Notes: generated from the letters alone by a model not told the origin. A DNA stretch of 20,000 bases from an uncultured virus (IMG/VR IMGVR_UViG_3300034062_000507) (IMGVR_UViG_3300034062_000507), one strand, 5' to 3'. Positions 7,824-16,610 are shown, counted from the stretch's first letter. Program-made: numbers and translations.

Positions 7824-8138
7824 TCATGTGGGCTGCACCCACAGACAGGAAAACTCGTCGAGCACCCAGCCATCACCTTTGGGTTTGGGTGGGATAAACG
7901 CATCACGGGCAGCATCGTACGTAAAACCAATACCAGCGTAGTTTTTGCGAAGCGCTTTTGACTGGTCTGGGTCGGGTGTGCCTGTGTTGGGGGTGTAATA
8001 GACCCCGCCATGTGTGTTGTAGCTGGTCTGAACCCACGACTGAACAGGACCCCAAAGCCCCGTATCCAAAGTCGCTTGGTCAATCACCGCCACTTGCGTG
8101 ACAAGTCCGTCTTGGTCGATTTGCGCAAAATGTGCCAT
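7824..8138 (-). CDS. Small tail-fibre/adhesin-associated protein (chaperone-like)
   Basis: 104 aa, MAHFAQID..WVQTSYN..RKNYAGIGFTYD..DAFIPPKP..W. Follows a Gly-rich gene and resembles the N-terminal part of 9842-10240. Confidence 0.65.
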   Translation of the reverse strand: MAHFAQIDQDGLVTQVAVIDQATLDTGLWGPVQSWVQTSYNTHGGVYYTPNTGTPDPDQSKALRKNYAGIGFTYDAARDAFIPPKPKGDGWVLDEFSCLWVQPT

Positions 8139-8144
8139 GTTGCC

Positions 8145-9008
8145 TCAAGAAACAGTGAACGTGCCTGAAGAAGTGAACGTGTGGTAGTAGTACCCGCCAG
8201 CCGTAGTGACGGTCCCTCCAGATGCTTTTTGCACTGCGCTCAGGTATCGAATAATGGCAATACCCGAACCGCCTTGGCCAGTAAAGGTGCCTGTAAATTC
8301 CGAGTTACCGCCACCCCCGCCGCCTGTGTTTATCGTACCGTTTGTCTGGGTATCTGCAAGCCCCACGCCTTTTGACCTACCGCCGTTACCGCCGCCGCCT
8401 GTACCGCCTACACCGATTTGAGGCGTATAAGAGCTTCCGGTTGCTGCATTTGCGCCACCACCGCCACCGCCACCGTACGTAGTGCCGTTGAGCCAAGCAA
8501 GGCCGTTAGCGCCATTTCCGCCGTTGACGTTTAACCCCGAGACATTACCCACTGCACCTACGGCACTTTTACCGCCACCACCACCACCGCCGTTGTGGTC
8601 TGAGCCGCCAGCAATGTACGCATTACCGCCGTTGTTACCTTGGCCTACCGTCCCCACTACGCCCGTTGGGTCGCTAAATGAACCGCCAGCTCCCGAACCG
8701 CCCGTATTAAAACTACCCCCACCATTTACGTTAAGGTTTATAGTTTTTCCAATTAACTGACCTTGACCCCCGTTAAAACCGTACTGTCCCCCAGCGCCAA
8801 TAGTAATAGTGTTGGACCCAACTAAGGTAACTGTGCTTGCTACGTATCCACCTGCGCCGCCCCCACCACCGGCACCCGGCGTACCGAAAACAAACCTGCC
8901 ACCGGAACCACCTGCCACAAGCAGGTACTCGACATCCAGCAGGCGACCGCCTGACAAAAAGCCAAAGCCGCGAGAAGACGCAGAGCCAAACGTGGAAACT
9001 AAAGGCAT
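8145..9008 (-). CDS. Glycine-rich adhesin-like / receptor-binding protein
   Basis: 287 aa. VEYLLVAGGSGG..GGGGAGG, many poly-Gly segments, GGSGIAIIRY, C-terminal HTFTSSGTFTV. Confidence 0.7.
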   Translation of the reverse strand: MPLVSTFGSASSRGFGFLSGGRLLDVEYLLVAGGSGGRFVFGTPGAGGGGGAGGYVASTVTLVGSNTITIGAGGQYGFNGGQGQLIGKTINLNVNGGGSFNTGGSGAGGSFSDPTGVVGTVGQGNNGGNAYIAGGSDHNGGGGGGGKSAVGAVGNVSGLNVNGGNGANGLAWLNGTTYGGGGGGGANAATGSSYTPQIGVGGTGGGGNGGRSKGVGLADTQTNGTINTGGGGGGNSEFTGTFTGQGGSGIAIIRYLSAVQKASGGTVTTAGGYYYHTFTSSGTFTVS

Positions 9009-9016
9009 GTCGGCTC

Positions 9017-9832
9017 CTACTTAAACTGCGTCAAGGAGGCCAGAACCGTGAAGGTGGCCGATGCGGTCTTGATGACTGTGTACGAGTACGTATCCACGCT
9101 GGACACGTTGCCAGAAGATGGGGCCGATCCACCTTGCCATTTTGGCGTTACAGCAGAACCGTCCACTTGCACAGCGCTGTTGTAGTACGCTGTCGCGCCC
9201 TGCGTCACCAAGAACGCAATCGTTAGGGATTCCCCCACGTTCAACGTAGAGTCCAGCGTTGCCGAGCTTGAGGCCCGGATGTTCACCGTCCAGTTTGCCG
9301 ACGCATTGGAGGTGTAGTACAGCACTGACTGGGTGGCTGCGTCATAGTTCACCGTGCCAGTTGCAACCGTGGCGGAGACGGTGACAATCTCTTTGGTGTT
9401 GTTCACTGTGGCCGAAGGCAACCACGTAAGCTGCGGAGCTGTATCTGTTCCGTTGTTGTACACCGTTACGCGTCTGCCAGCAGGAACTGCCACGCCGGTC
9501 TGGCCTGAGACCTTCACGGTGACTGTGAAGCTGGAGCCGTTGATGACGATATAGGGCTTCTGGATGGCCGGGACGTTGATCGTGCCCGCAGCGGATACCG
9601 CGCCAGCAGCAATGTTCAAGCACAAAGCCCGAGCGTCCTGTGCAGCCGTGGTGTTGGCCAGCGTCAAAGTGCAGACGTTGGTGGAGAAGTCACCGGAGTC
9701 CAGTGTGGCCATACCCACAATGGCTTGCTCGATGGCCGTGCCGATGTTGGAGTTGGTTGTGGTTCCCCAAGTGCCCGACTGCTCACCGTTGCCGATCAGC
9801 TCAAATTTGAGGTTGGAAAAGGTGCTTGACAT
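9017..9832 (-). CDS. Tail fibre / virion structural protein
   Basis: 271 aa, Thr/Ser/Ala-rich. N-terminal LKFELIGNGEQSGTWGTTTN anchor; C-terminal VTQGATAY..KWQGGSAP..VDTYSYTVIK domain. Confidence 0.7.
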   Translation of the reverse strand: MSSTFSNLKFELIGNGEQSGTWGTTTNSNIGTAIEQAIVGMATLDSGDFSTNVCTLTLANTTAAQDARALCLNIAAGAVSAAGTINVPAIQKPYIVINGSSFTVTVKVSGQTGVAVPAGRRVTVYNNGTDTAPQLTWLPSATVNNTKEIVTVSATVATGTVNYDAATQSVLYYTSNASANWTVNIRASSSATLDSTLNVGESLTIAFLVTQGATAYYNSAVQVDGSAVTPKWQGGSAPSSGNVSSVDTYSYTVIKTASATFTVLASLTQFK

Positions 9833-9841
9833 GGGTAGTCC

Positions 9842-10240
9842 TTACGGGCGTTCTTCAGGTTGGATGGGTGCGGTGATTATCGCAGTGGGGTCGATGTTGT
9901 GTCCAGCGCTCTGCACCATTTGTAAGCCCGTCAGCACTTGTGGATCGTCAAGGTTGATGTAGGAACGAACGCTGGCATCTTTGATGAGCGCCTGAACCGA
10001 TGCGTTGGCATCAGCAAGGATGGGCCACTTCTGGTCGCCAAAGCGGTCAAAGAAAGAACCGACTGTGATGTGGCGAACTTCTGGTTCAGGCGCAGGAGAG
10101 TTAAACGTGCTGCCATCATAAGTCCAGCCGGGGCCAGCATTGCCGCAAGCAATCCAGTTGCCGTTGATACCGTCTGGGTCTGTCTCGGATTCGATGACAT
10201 TGACAATCGTGTTGCCTGAAAGTTGTGCGTATCGTTCCAT
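9842..10240 (-). CDS. Tail-fibre/adhesin-associated protein (chaperone-like)
   Basis: 132 aa, MERYAQL..AGPGWTYDGSTFNSP followed by a helical domain (ITVGSFFDRF..INLDDP). Follows a Gly-rich gene. Confidence 0.6.
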   Translation of the reverse strand: MERYAQLSGNTIVNVIESETDPDGINGNWIACGNAGPGWTYDGSTFNSPAPEPEVRHITVGSFFDRFGDQKWPILADANASVQALIKDASVRSYINLDDPQVLTGLQMVQSAGHNIDPTAIITAPIQPEERP

Positions 10241-10242
10241 GT

Positions 10243-10998
10243 TTATGCTCCAAAGTCCCAGATTTCAATGTAGCCACTCCCGCCGTTGCCGCCGTTGCCT
10301 GACGTACCAAATGAAGCACCGCCTCCTCCGCCCCCGGAACCGTACCCAGCACCCGCTGCACCAGAACCTCCAGTGCTTCCTGCGCCCCCGTTGCCTCCTG
10401 CACCGCCCCTGCCAAAATACGAATCACCTCCACCTCCACCCCCGCCCGAAGATGAGTTAGGTGTGCCGCCTGAGGCAGTTCCAGTTTGACCGTCTGTCGG
10501 AGCAAAATTTAGTGCAGAACCAATAAATCCGCTTGATGCGGCGCCTCCCCCGCGTGCGCCTCCTCCCCCAGCATAACCAAGGCCGCCAGCGAAATTAGGA
10601 GATGTGGTTAAGCCGATATAGGCCCCAATGCCCCCAGCAAAAACAGCGCCACCATTGCCTGCAAGTGCTGTGATTGTCGCAAACACTGTTTTTGAGCCAG
10701 CCGTACCTGCTGTATTTGAAGTAGTAGACCCCACTCCAGCGGCTCCAACTGAATAAGGAACGCCTGCTATGGGAATGCGTAATTCAGCCGTCGCCATCCC
10801 GCCAGCACCGCCTCCTCCCGCTCCCGCGTCTTGGGCGTTACTACAGCGTCCACCGCCACCACCAGCACCTTGAACAAACACAACACATCTAGCGTTATTT
10901 ACAGAGGGCGTAAATGTACCCGTACCCGATGTGTAAGTTGTCACCGTAGGGGCACTGCCACCACCAGAAAAAGGCGAAAAAGAACTTAAAAGACTCAT
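10243..10998 (-). CDS. Glycine-rich adhesin-like / receptor-binding protein
   Basis: 251 aa. YTSGTGTFT..VFVQGAGGGGG..GGGGGAGG..YSVGAAG..GGNGGSGYIEIW. Same architecture as 8145-9008. Confidence 0.7.
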   Translation of the reverse strand: MSLLSSFSPFSGGGSAPTVTTYTSGTGTFTPSVNNARCVVFVQGAGGGGGRCSNAQDAGAGGGGAGGMATAELRIPIAGVPYSVGAAGVGSTTSNTAGTAGSKTVFATITALAGNGGAVFAGGIGAYIGLTTSPNFAGGLGYAGGGGARGGGAASSGFIGSALNFAPTDGQTGTASGGTPNSSSGGGGGGGDSYFGRGGAGGNGGAGSTGGSGAAGAGYGSGGGGGGASFGTSGNGGNGGSGYIEIWDFGA

Positions 10999-11009
10999 GT
11001 GTTTTCTCC

Positions 11010-11381
11010 TTAAAGATTGATGACCCAGCCGCGAGTTGCGTCTGCGTAGACTAAAGTAAAGCTGGCTCCAGCCGCCTTGTCCACTGTCATGTCTTCAGCC
11101 AAAGACATGATGTTGCTGCTGTTGCGCCCAATAACTGCTGTTGTTGTGCCAGAGGAGTTCACAATACTCACCGTGTCGCCAGCAGCGGGAGACGATGGCA
11201 GCGTAAGCGTCAATGTGGCTGTGAACACATAGGTGCGCGACCGGACAGCCGTTGTGTTGCCGCTGATGACCTGAATGTTCTGCGTAATGACAGGGCTTGT
11301 CAGGGTTTTGTTCGTCACCGTCTGCGTGTTGGTCGCAGTCAGGACGTTGGATGGGGTGATGATGTTTGAGAGTATTGCCAT
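11010..11381 (-). CDS. Short fibre/adaptor protein with T4 gp9/gp10-like domain
   Basis: 123 aa. QTVTNKTLTSP, then TLTLPSSPAAGDTV..IGRNSSNI..LVYADATRGW. Confidence 0.6.
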   Translation of the reverse strand: MAILSNIITPSNVLTATNTQTVTNKTLTSPVITQNIQVISGNTTAVRSRTYVFTATLTLTLPSSPAAGDTVSIVNSSGTTTAVIGRNSSNIMSLAEDMTVDKAAGASFTLVYADATRGWVINL

Positions 11382-11384
11382 GTG

Positions 11385-11624
11385 TTACTCCGTGCCTTGC
11401 AAGATGGTTAGTAACGCGTTTGGGTCTTCGGCGCTATCAATGCTGGACTGAAGTGCCGCATACTTGTCACGGACCGCTTGACGCTGCGCCTCCACGGCCT
11501 GCACATCTGTGCCGGGAATTTGCTTCATGATGACCTCATCAAGCGGCGCAAATTCCTCTGCGCGTCTTTGCCTGCGAAGATCATGACTGATTGTTTTTGC
11601 TTTGTTTAGGTTGACTGTGATCAT
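11385..11624 (-). CDS. Tail fibre assembly-like small protein
   Basis: 79 aa, helical: VNLNKAKTISHDLRRQRRAEEFAPLD..RQAVRDKY. Confidence 0.6.
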   Translation of the reverse strand: MITVNLNKAKTISHDLRRQRRAEEFAPLDEVIMKQIPGTDVQAVEAQRQAVRDKYAALQSSIDSAEDPNALLTILQGTE

Positions 11625-11625
11625 G

Positions 11626-11832
11626 TCATGTCTTCAAAGGTGCGTTTGTAAAATCAGCTTGCCAAGCATTGCGAAATGTCCGTTCTGCTGGGATGTCGTC
11701 TACGTGTGCTATCAAATACGGCTTGCCAACAGGTACTGATTTCAAGGCCTCCGATTGTTCAATACCGGGAGCAGGAACAATTACAGAAACGCCGTCGGCG
11801 TCATTTGGGTAAATTATTCTGTAGTTTGACAT
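11626..11832 (-). CDS. Tail fibre assembly-like small protein
   Basis: 68 aa: RIIYPND..GVSVIVPA..VPVGKPYLI..DIPAERTFRNAW. RBS AAGGAG. Confidence 0.6.
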   Translation of the reverse strand: MSNYRIIYPNDADGVSVIVPAPGIEQSEALKSVPVGKPYLIAHVDDIPAERTFRNAWQADFTNAPLKT

Positions 11833-11841
11833 TGAGTCTCC

Positions 11842-12765
11842 TTATCTAAACAATGCAACTGCCACATAGTTAACGTCTGCTAGAGTGCTTGGAATGCTGT
11901 AGGTGTTTATAAACGCAGTGCCTGCGGCCTGAGTTCCCGCAGAGCAATAAGACCCCGCAACTCCAAAATTTCGAGCCGCTCCCACAGCGCAACCATTACC
12001 GTCTACCATAGGGTTAGTAAGGTTTACTGTGTAATTGCCAACACCAACGTCAGTGATGGTGCTCACGTTAAATGATGCCCTAATGGCGACTGTACCCGTT
12101 CCGTTAAAGTTGACCCAAGCACTAGCGCCACCACCGCTAACAGCAGACCATGCCGGGGCTACCCCTGCACCTTGGGACACAAGCGCCTGACCTAATGTGC
12201 CGTTTGTCCCGCCGAGCAGCAACAAAGGGTCTGTAAGGGTCTTGTTGGTCAGTGTTTGAACGCCATTCAGCGTGACTGCATCACCGCCATTTGCACCAAT
12301 CTGTGCATAAACCTCCCAAGTCGAGCCGTCATACACAAACTGAACGCTAACCCCGGAAATGTCGCAAACAAGGTCTTGAGCCAAACCACCGATGGTTGAA
12401 CCATTACGGCCCACGGTAAGGTTGTTTGTGCCCCATGAATTGCCAGCATCAGCGACAACCACTTGATTGCCGACAGAAGGCGAAGCAGGCAGCGTCACGG
12501 TGAATGCGCCGCCCGAAGTGTCAGCCAAGATACCCTGATTGTCTGTGGCGGTTACTGGCGTTGTTGTGTAAATGTAGGTCAGGCCCCCGGCAGCACCAGC
12601 GGTCGAAGCCAACAGCTTCACGGTGCCAGCGGCGTTCTTAAAGTACAGCTTTTCGTCAGTCGTATTGATGGCAAGTTCGCCGTCAGCAAGATTGGTGTTA
12701 ACTGGAACCGCAGCCGCCGTGGTCGTGCGGTAGAGTTGAATTGGTGTGAAGCCTGATGCAGCCAT
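11842..12765 (-). CDS. Tail fibre protein (N-terminal GELAIN anchor, gp9/gp10-like domain, C-terminal AWVNF domain)
   Basis: 307 aa. NLADGELAINTTDEKLYFK; FTVTLPASPSVG..VGRNGSTI; QTLTNKTL; AWVNFNGTGTVAIRASFNVSTITDVGVGNYTVN. Confidence 0.75.
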   Translation of the reverse strand: MAASGFTPIQLYRTTTAAAVPVNTNLADGELAINTTDEKLYFKNAAGTVKLLASTAGAAGGLTYIYTTTPVTATDNQGILADTSGGAFTVTLPASPSVGNQVVVADAGNSWGTNNLTVGRNGSTIGGLAQDLVCDISGVSVQFVYDGSTWEVYAQIGANGGDAVTLNGVQTLTNKTLTDPLLLLGGTNGTLGQALVSQGAGVAPAWSAVSGGGASAWVNFNGTGTVAIRASFNVSTITDVGVGNYTVNLTNPMVDGNGCAVGAARNFGVAGSYCSAGTQAAGTAFINTYSIPSTLADVNYVAVALFR

Positions 12766-14180
12766 TAGAAGGTTCCTCCGTTGATTCCAGTATATGCGGT
12801 TGCTGTGATTTTATAAGCCTGAGTGTTGCCGTAGACAATCAAGTCTTGTTGTACGTCCAAAGCCGCAACAGAAGTTGGGCCAGTCAGTTGGATGTCAATG
12901 CTTGGTACTGTGTATTGGAATACGGCATCGTTGGCCGAACCAACCATATACATCTTTGTGCCGTCAGGCTTAACGTATAAACCTACGGGACTTGTATCTT
13001 GACCAGAAACACTGAACACGCCTACAAATGCTGATGTGCTGATGTCCCAAGGCGTTGTCAGGTTGTAGACGTTAATGTCATCACCTGTTGTACCCAAAAC
13101 AAACATCCGAGAACCGTCACCAGTAAATGATAAGTCAGAGGGCGTAAGTTCTTGACCTGACACTAAAAACGATTGCAAAAGCGTGGCTGTTGACACATTC
13201 CAAGCAGTTGACAATGTGTACTGATAAATAGTGTCATTTGTTTGCCCAACAATGTACATTGACAGACCGTTGGGCTTAAAGAAAATTCCAGTAGGGGTTG
13301 TTTCTTGTCCTGCAAAAGAAAAAGAAATGCTGTCGTAAGACGCTGTTGCAACCGACCAAGGCGTGCTGAGTGTGTACTGAAACACAGAATCATTTGCAGC
13401 GCCAGCAACATACATTTTTGTGCCATCGGCACGGAAATACAAACCTTGCGGGGTTGTATCTTGCGATGAAACAGAAAAAACAGTGGAATACACCGCAGAT
13501 GAAACAACCCATGCCGTAGACAAACGATATTCGTTTACATCATCTCCAGTAGTTCCAGATATGTACATCCGAAATCCGTCAGGGCTAAAAAATATACCGT
13601 GAGCTGTGAGCTCTTCACCTGCAACAGAGAAAGACACACTGTCGTAGCTTGCACCAATCACGTTGACGTTGCTCAGGATGGTGTTGCCCGCTGCGGTCAA
13701 GGTTGTAAACTTGCCGGTGTTTGCTGTTGTAGCGCCCACAGTACCGTTAATGTTGATGGACGCTGTGCCTGTCAGGTTTGTCACCACACCCGATGCAGGT
13801 GTACCCAAGGCTGGCGTTACCAGTGTGGGGCTGTTTAAAGTCTTATTGGTCAACGTCTGAGCGTCGTTAAGCGTAACCGCCTGTTCCGCTGGGTAAGTAC
13901 AAAAAACGTCTTTTGTCCCCGCAGAAAAATTTACCAGCGCCCCGCTGTTGCTTGAGGACAGTACCGTAGTACGGGACAACGTGGTGCCCGATAAGGTGTA
14001 CGTGCCAATACCTACTTCCCAGTCTCCCGTTGCCGCATCCACAATTGCGTAGTACGTGGTATTGCCATTCCCAATGACAACAAATGACTGAAAGCCTGCC
14101 GCCGCACCCCCGAGGGTTACTGTGCCCGTGCCAGTTGTGGTAGTGGTTTCTTTGACGCGATCTTTGAGGACTAAAGCCAT
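12765..14180 (-). CDS. Tail fibre protein with five-repeat beta-propeller domain
   Basis: 471 aa. N-terminal DRVKETTTTTGTG..WEVGIG anchor, QTLTNKTL shaft motif, five ~51-aa repeats, C-terminal INGGTF. Confidence 0.8.
   Translation of the reverse strand: MALVLKDRVKETTTTTGTGTVTLGGAAAGFQSFVVIGNGNTTYYAIVDAATGDWEVGIGTYTLSGTTLSRTTVLSSSNSGALVNFSAGTKDVFCTYPAEQAVTLNDAQTLTNKTLNSPTLVTPALGTPASGVVTNLTGTASININGTVGATTANTGKFTTLTAAGNTILSNVNVIGASYDSVSFSVAGEELTAHGIFFSPDGFRMYISGTTGDDVNEYRLSTAWVVSSAVYSTVFSVSSQDTTPQGLYFRADGTKMYVAGAANDSVFQYTLSTPWSVATASYDSISFSFAGQETTPTGIFFKPNGLSMYIVGQTNDTIYQYTLSTAWNVSTATLLQSFLVSGQELTPSDLSFTGDGSRMFVLGTTGDDINVYNLTTPWDISTSAFVGVFSVSGQDTSPVGLYVKPDGTKMYMVGSANDAVFQYTVPSIDIQLTGPTSVAALDVQQDLIVYGNTQAYKITATAYTGINGGTF
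12905..13650 (-). repeat. Five ~51-aa beta-propeller blade repeats
   Basis: Consensus FSVxGQ(E/D)xxPxG(I/L)xFxxDGxxMY(V/I)xGxxxDx(V/I)xQYxLxTxW(x)(V/I)S(T/S)A. Confidence 0.88.
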
Positions 14181-14189
14181 TTTGGTTCC

Positions 14190-14906
14190 TTACGATGGCA
14201 GGTTGTTCCAGCCGGGGACTTGGCTGTCGTTGATGACGACCCAGCCGCTGCCTTGCGCATTCACGATATTTTGCCAGTTTGGGTTCTGATTGTCGTCAAT
14301 TACCCCCCACACCAGCACCCCGCCGATGCTGATTGTGAGCTGCACCCCTGTTAGATACACGTTGGCGATTTTGAGGACACCCAATATATCTAGGGCACTG
14401 ACCACCTCTGCAATTGACGCATTCACGCTGATCTGCGCTACTTGGATTGCTGTGCCGGTGGCGCTCTCTGCAATCGCCGCAAAAATCAACAACCCCCCCG
14501 CAGCGCTGTCAGTGCCAGTAGCCGCCTCTGCTTGCGCAACAAAAAATGTAGCGCCTGCGGCCTGCGCTGCGGCGGCAAAAACAGATTCAACTTGAGCGGC
14601 CAACAAAGTGCCAATGGCTGTCTGGGCGTCAGTGGCTCCAGCCTGCTCCAAAACATTTGCCAACATGACGGCAATGGCCGATTGCACGCTTGTTGCCGTT
14701 GCGGATTCCGATTGATTGGCAACCGCGATCTTTGTCGCCGTCTGTGCGGCTTGGCCCGTTACGGCTTCATCAATTCGTGCGCCGCGTAATAAACTTAAAA
14801 CATCCACCAACGAAGTTGCAGTGGCCGTCTCATCCTGTGCGACGGCGAACGTGTTCCCGCCTAGCGCGGCGAAGGGTGTTTGGGCAAAAGTGACATCACC
14901 AAACAC
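14190..14906 (-). CDS. Virion fibre/shaft protein with 20-aa repeats
   Basis: 238 aa, GTG start. MFGDVTFAQTPFAALG N-terminus, eight repeats with an invariant Glu, C-terminal W..I.D.Q.P.W repeats. Confidence 0.7.
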   Translation of the reverse strand: MFGDVTFAQTPFAALGGNTFAVAQDETATATSLVDVLSLLRGARIDEAVTGQAAQTATKIAVANQSESATATSVQSAIAVMLANVLEQAGATDAQTAIGTLLAAQVESVFAAAAQAAGATFFVAQAEAATGTDSAAGGLLIFAAIAESATGTAIQVAQISVNASIAEVVSALDILGVLKIANVYLTGVQLTISIGGVLVWGVIDDNQNPNWQNIVNAQGSGWVVINDSQVPGWNNLPS

Positions 14907-14917
14907 CGCACGTCCCG

Positions 14918-15496
14918 TTAGGCTGCGTCGAGCGAGAAGGAGTACGTGACGTTCAGTGTGTCGCCACTGTCCACGGTCTTGTCGCCGCCAGTAAAGTCGC
15001 CTGCCGAGAACAAGATGCCGGATGTGCCCGTTGCCACGCTGGAGAGCAGAGCACCAGCAACCACCGTACCGTTTACCAGCATGGCAAACGAAGCAGGAGA
15101 GGCGCTGTTGGAGATCACTGATGGATCAGCCGTGGTGGCTGTACCAAATGTCACTGCTTTGCGGTTACCTGTGTAGGCTGTGCCGGGGACCAACTCTGTC
15201 CAGCCTGCGTGTGAGGCCAGTGTGTCAGCGGCGGCAAATGTTGTACCGGAGCCGGGGCCTTGCACCAAACCCAAGTACCAAGTAGCAGTGTATGCGGAAC
15301 CACTGAAGTACTTGCTGTTCATGTCTTGCAGACCTTGATTGACCACAAGGTTATGGAAGGTGTCAGACCACTTCTCTTGGCCATCTGCGCCCACGCAAGT
15401 GACGGTGAATACGCCGCCAGCGCCCATGCGCTCGCTGCCGCTGCGCTGGGTAATCAGGCCTGCGGTAACGCTGTCTACGGCTTTGCTGTGTTCCAT
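14918..15496 (-). CDS. Virion structural protein (tail/fibre attachment)
   Basis: 192 aa, beta-rich (NLVVNQGL..WYLGL..GWTE..GDTLNVTY). RBS AAGGA. Confidence 0.65.
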   Translation of the reverse strand: MEHSKAVDSVTAGLITQRSGSERMGAGGVFTVTCVGADGQEKWSDTFHNLVVNQGLQDMNSKYFSGSAYTATWYLGLVQGPGSGTTFAAADTLASHAGWTELVPGTAYTGNRKAVTFGTATTADPSVISNSASPASFAMLVNGTVVAGALLSSVATGTSGILFSAGDFTGGDKTVDSGDTLNVTYSFSLDAA

Positions 15497-15505
15497 GATG
15501 TGTCC

Positions 15506-15952
15506 TTACGAGATGCGCACGATGGCGCTGTTGGCATCGGCAGTTGGGAAGATGATTTGAAAAGTGTCGTTGCTCACGGTCTTGTCCGCGCCAAAATCCA
15601 ACACAGCCACAGACTTGTTGCCTTCTGTGCTGTTGTAGATCAATGCACCGCGAGCCGTGAAAGTTGAACTTGTCCAAGATGTATTGGCAAAGCTTATGTA
15701 CGCAGTGGGCACGGAGCTAGAGTTGTTCGACGCTATCGGGCTGGTCGTAATGACCAGTGTGTTACCACCAGCCGTGTATCCAGCGCCAACAACTTCGTTC
15801 GATGTGGTGTACACCGTTGTGGTGGGGCCAATATTAGAAGCGGCTGTGTACAGGGCCACTTTAAATGTGTCCGCAGACGTTGGCCCAAAGTTGTGGACCC
15901 CCTGAAGGAGCTCAACTTTAAACGACGTAGTTGCTGTTTGTTGTAGTGCCAT
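15506..15952 (-). CDS. Virion structural protein
   Basis: 148 aa: TSFKVELLQGVHNF..FKVALYT..GYTAGG..TARGALIYN..VAVLDFGADKT. Confidence 0.65.
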   Translation of the reverse strand: MALQQTATTSFKVELLQGVHNFGPTSADTFKVALYTAASNIGPTTTVYTTSNEVVGAGYTAGGNTLVITTSPIASNNSSSVPTAYISFANTSWTSSTFTARGALIYNSTEGNKSVAVLDFGADKTVSNDTFQIIFPTADANSAIVRIS

Positions 15953-15953
15953 A

Positions 15954-16610
15954 TCAAGTTACCGCTTGTCTGTATTGACCAGAACGATAAGCGTCCTGAC
16001 GTTCGAGGCCATCACCAAGGCGTTTGGCTAGTGCAAGGGCTTCTTGGTACTTGCCGTTATACAACGCCATCATGTCCTGCTCACCCTTCATGTAGGTGTA
16101 GGCCTCAACCAACGAACCGTAAAGCAATACGCTATCAAAATTGTCGCCCAGCCATGTTGTACTTGCGGTCACAATAGACTCGGGATAATAGAAATAGTGC
16201 AGCTCAGCCACGTAAGTGGCATCCGGCGTTGGGCCTAAGATGAAGGTCAGCTCGTTTGCGTCGTTGGACTGCGAACCAAACAGGGCGTAGTATTTGGGTA
16301 TCGCCTTGTCGTTGGGGTTTGGATACGCCTGTCGGATGAAGTTCACATCCTTGTTTAACAAGTACTCGTAGTTCCCCAAAGCATCTACCAACGCCAGCGA
16401 ATACACAGACAAAAAGTCCGAGGGGCAAGCCAAGTACTTGTTGTTGTTTGTGGTGGAACCCGTTACGTTCTTACGCAGTGAAGGGAACTGAATGGTGTTG
16501 TATATACGCTGCTCAGCCTGTTGAACGAACACAGGTATCTCTGCAATAAAAGTTGCGTCCGTATTTTCTGTGTACGCTTGAATAGCGTCGCTGAGAGCAG
16601 CGTAATTCAT
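15954..16610 (-). CDS. Head-tail adaptor / tail tubular A-like protein
   Basis: 218 aa: MNYAALSDAIQAYTEN..FVQQAEQRI..PKYYA..LGPTPD..Y..ELHY..TWLGDN..LLYGSLVEAY. Confidence 0.7.
   Translation of the reverse strand: MNYAALSDAIQAYTENTDATFIAEIPVFVQQAEQRIYNTIQFPSLRKNVTGSTTNNNKYLACPSDFLSVYSLALVDALGNYEYLLNKDVNFIRQAYPNPNDKAIPKYYALFGSQSNDANELTFILGPTPDATYVAELHYFYYPESIVTASTTWLGDNFDSVLLYGSLVEAYTYMKGEQDMMALYNGKYQEALALAKRLGDGLERQDAYRSGQYRQAVT

Noticed and set aside
8145..10998. PE-PGRS or collagen-like annotation for the Gly-rich genes
   Set aside because: No PE domain or Gly-X-Y periodicity; context indicates phage adhesin-type Gly-rich domains.
11842..12765. Diversity-generating retroelement target (Mtd-like N-terminus)
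   Set aside because: No C-type lectin variable region, template repeat or reverse transcriptase visible in the window.
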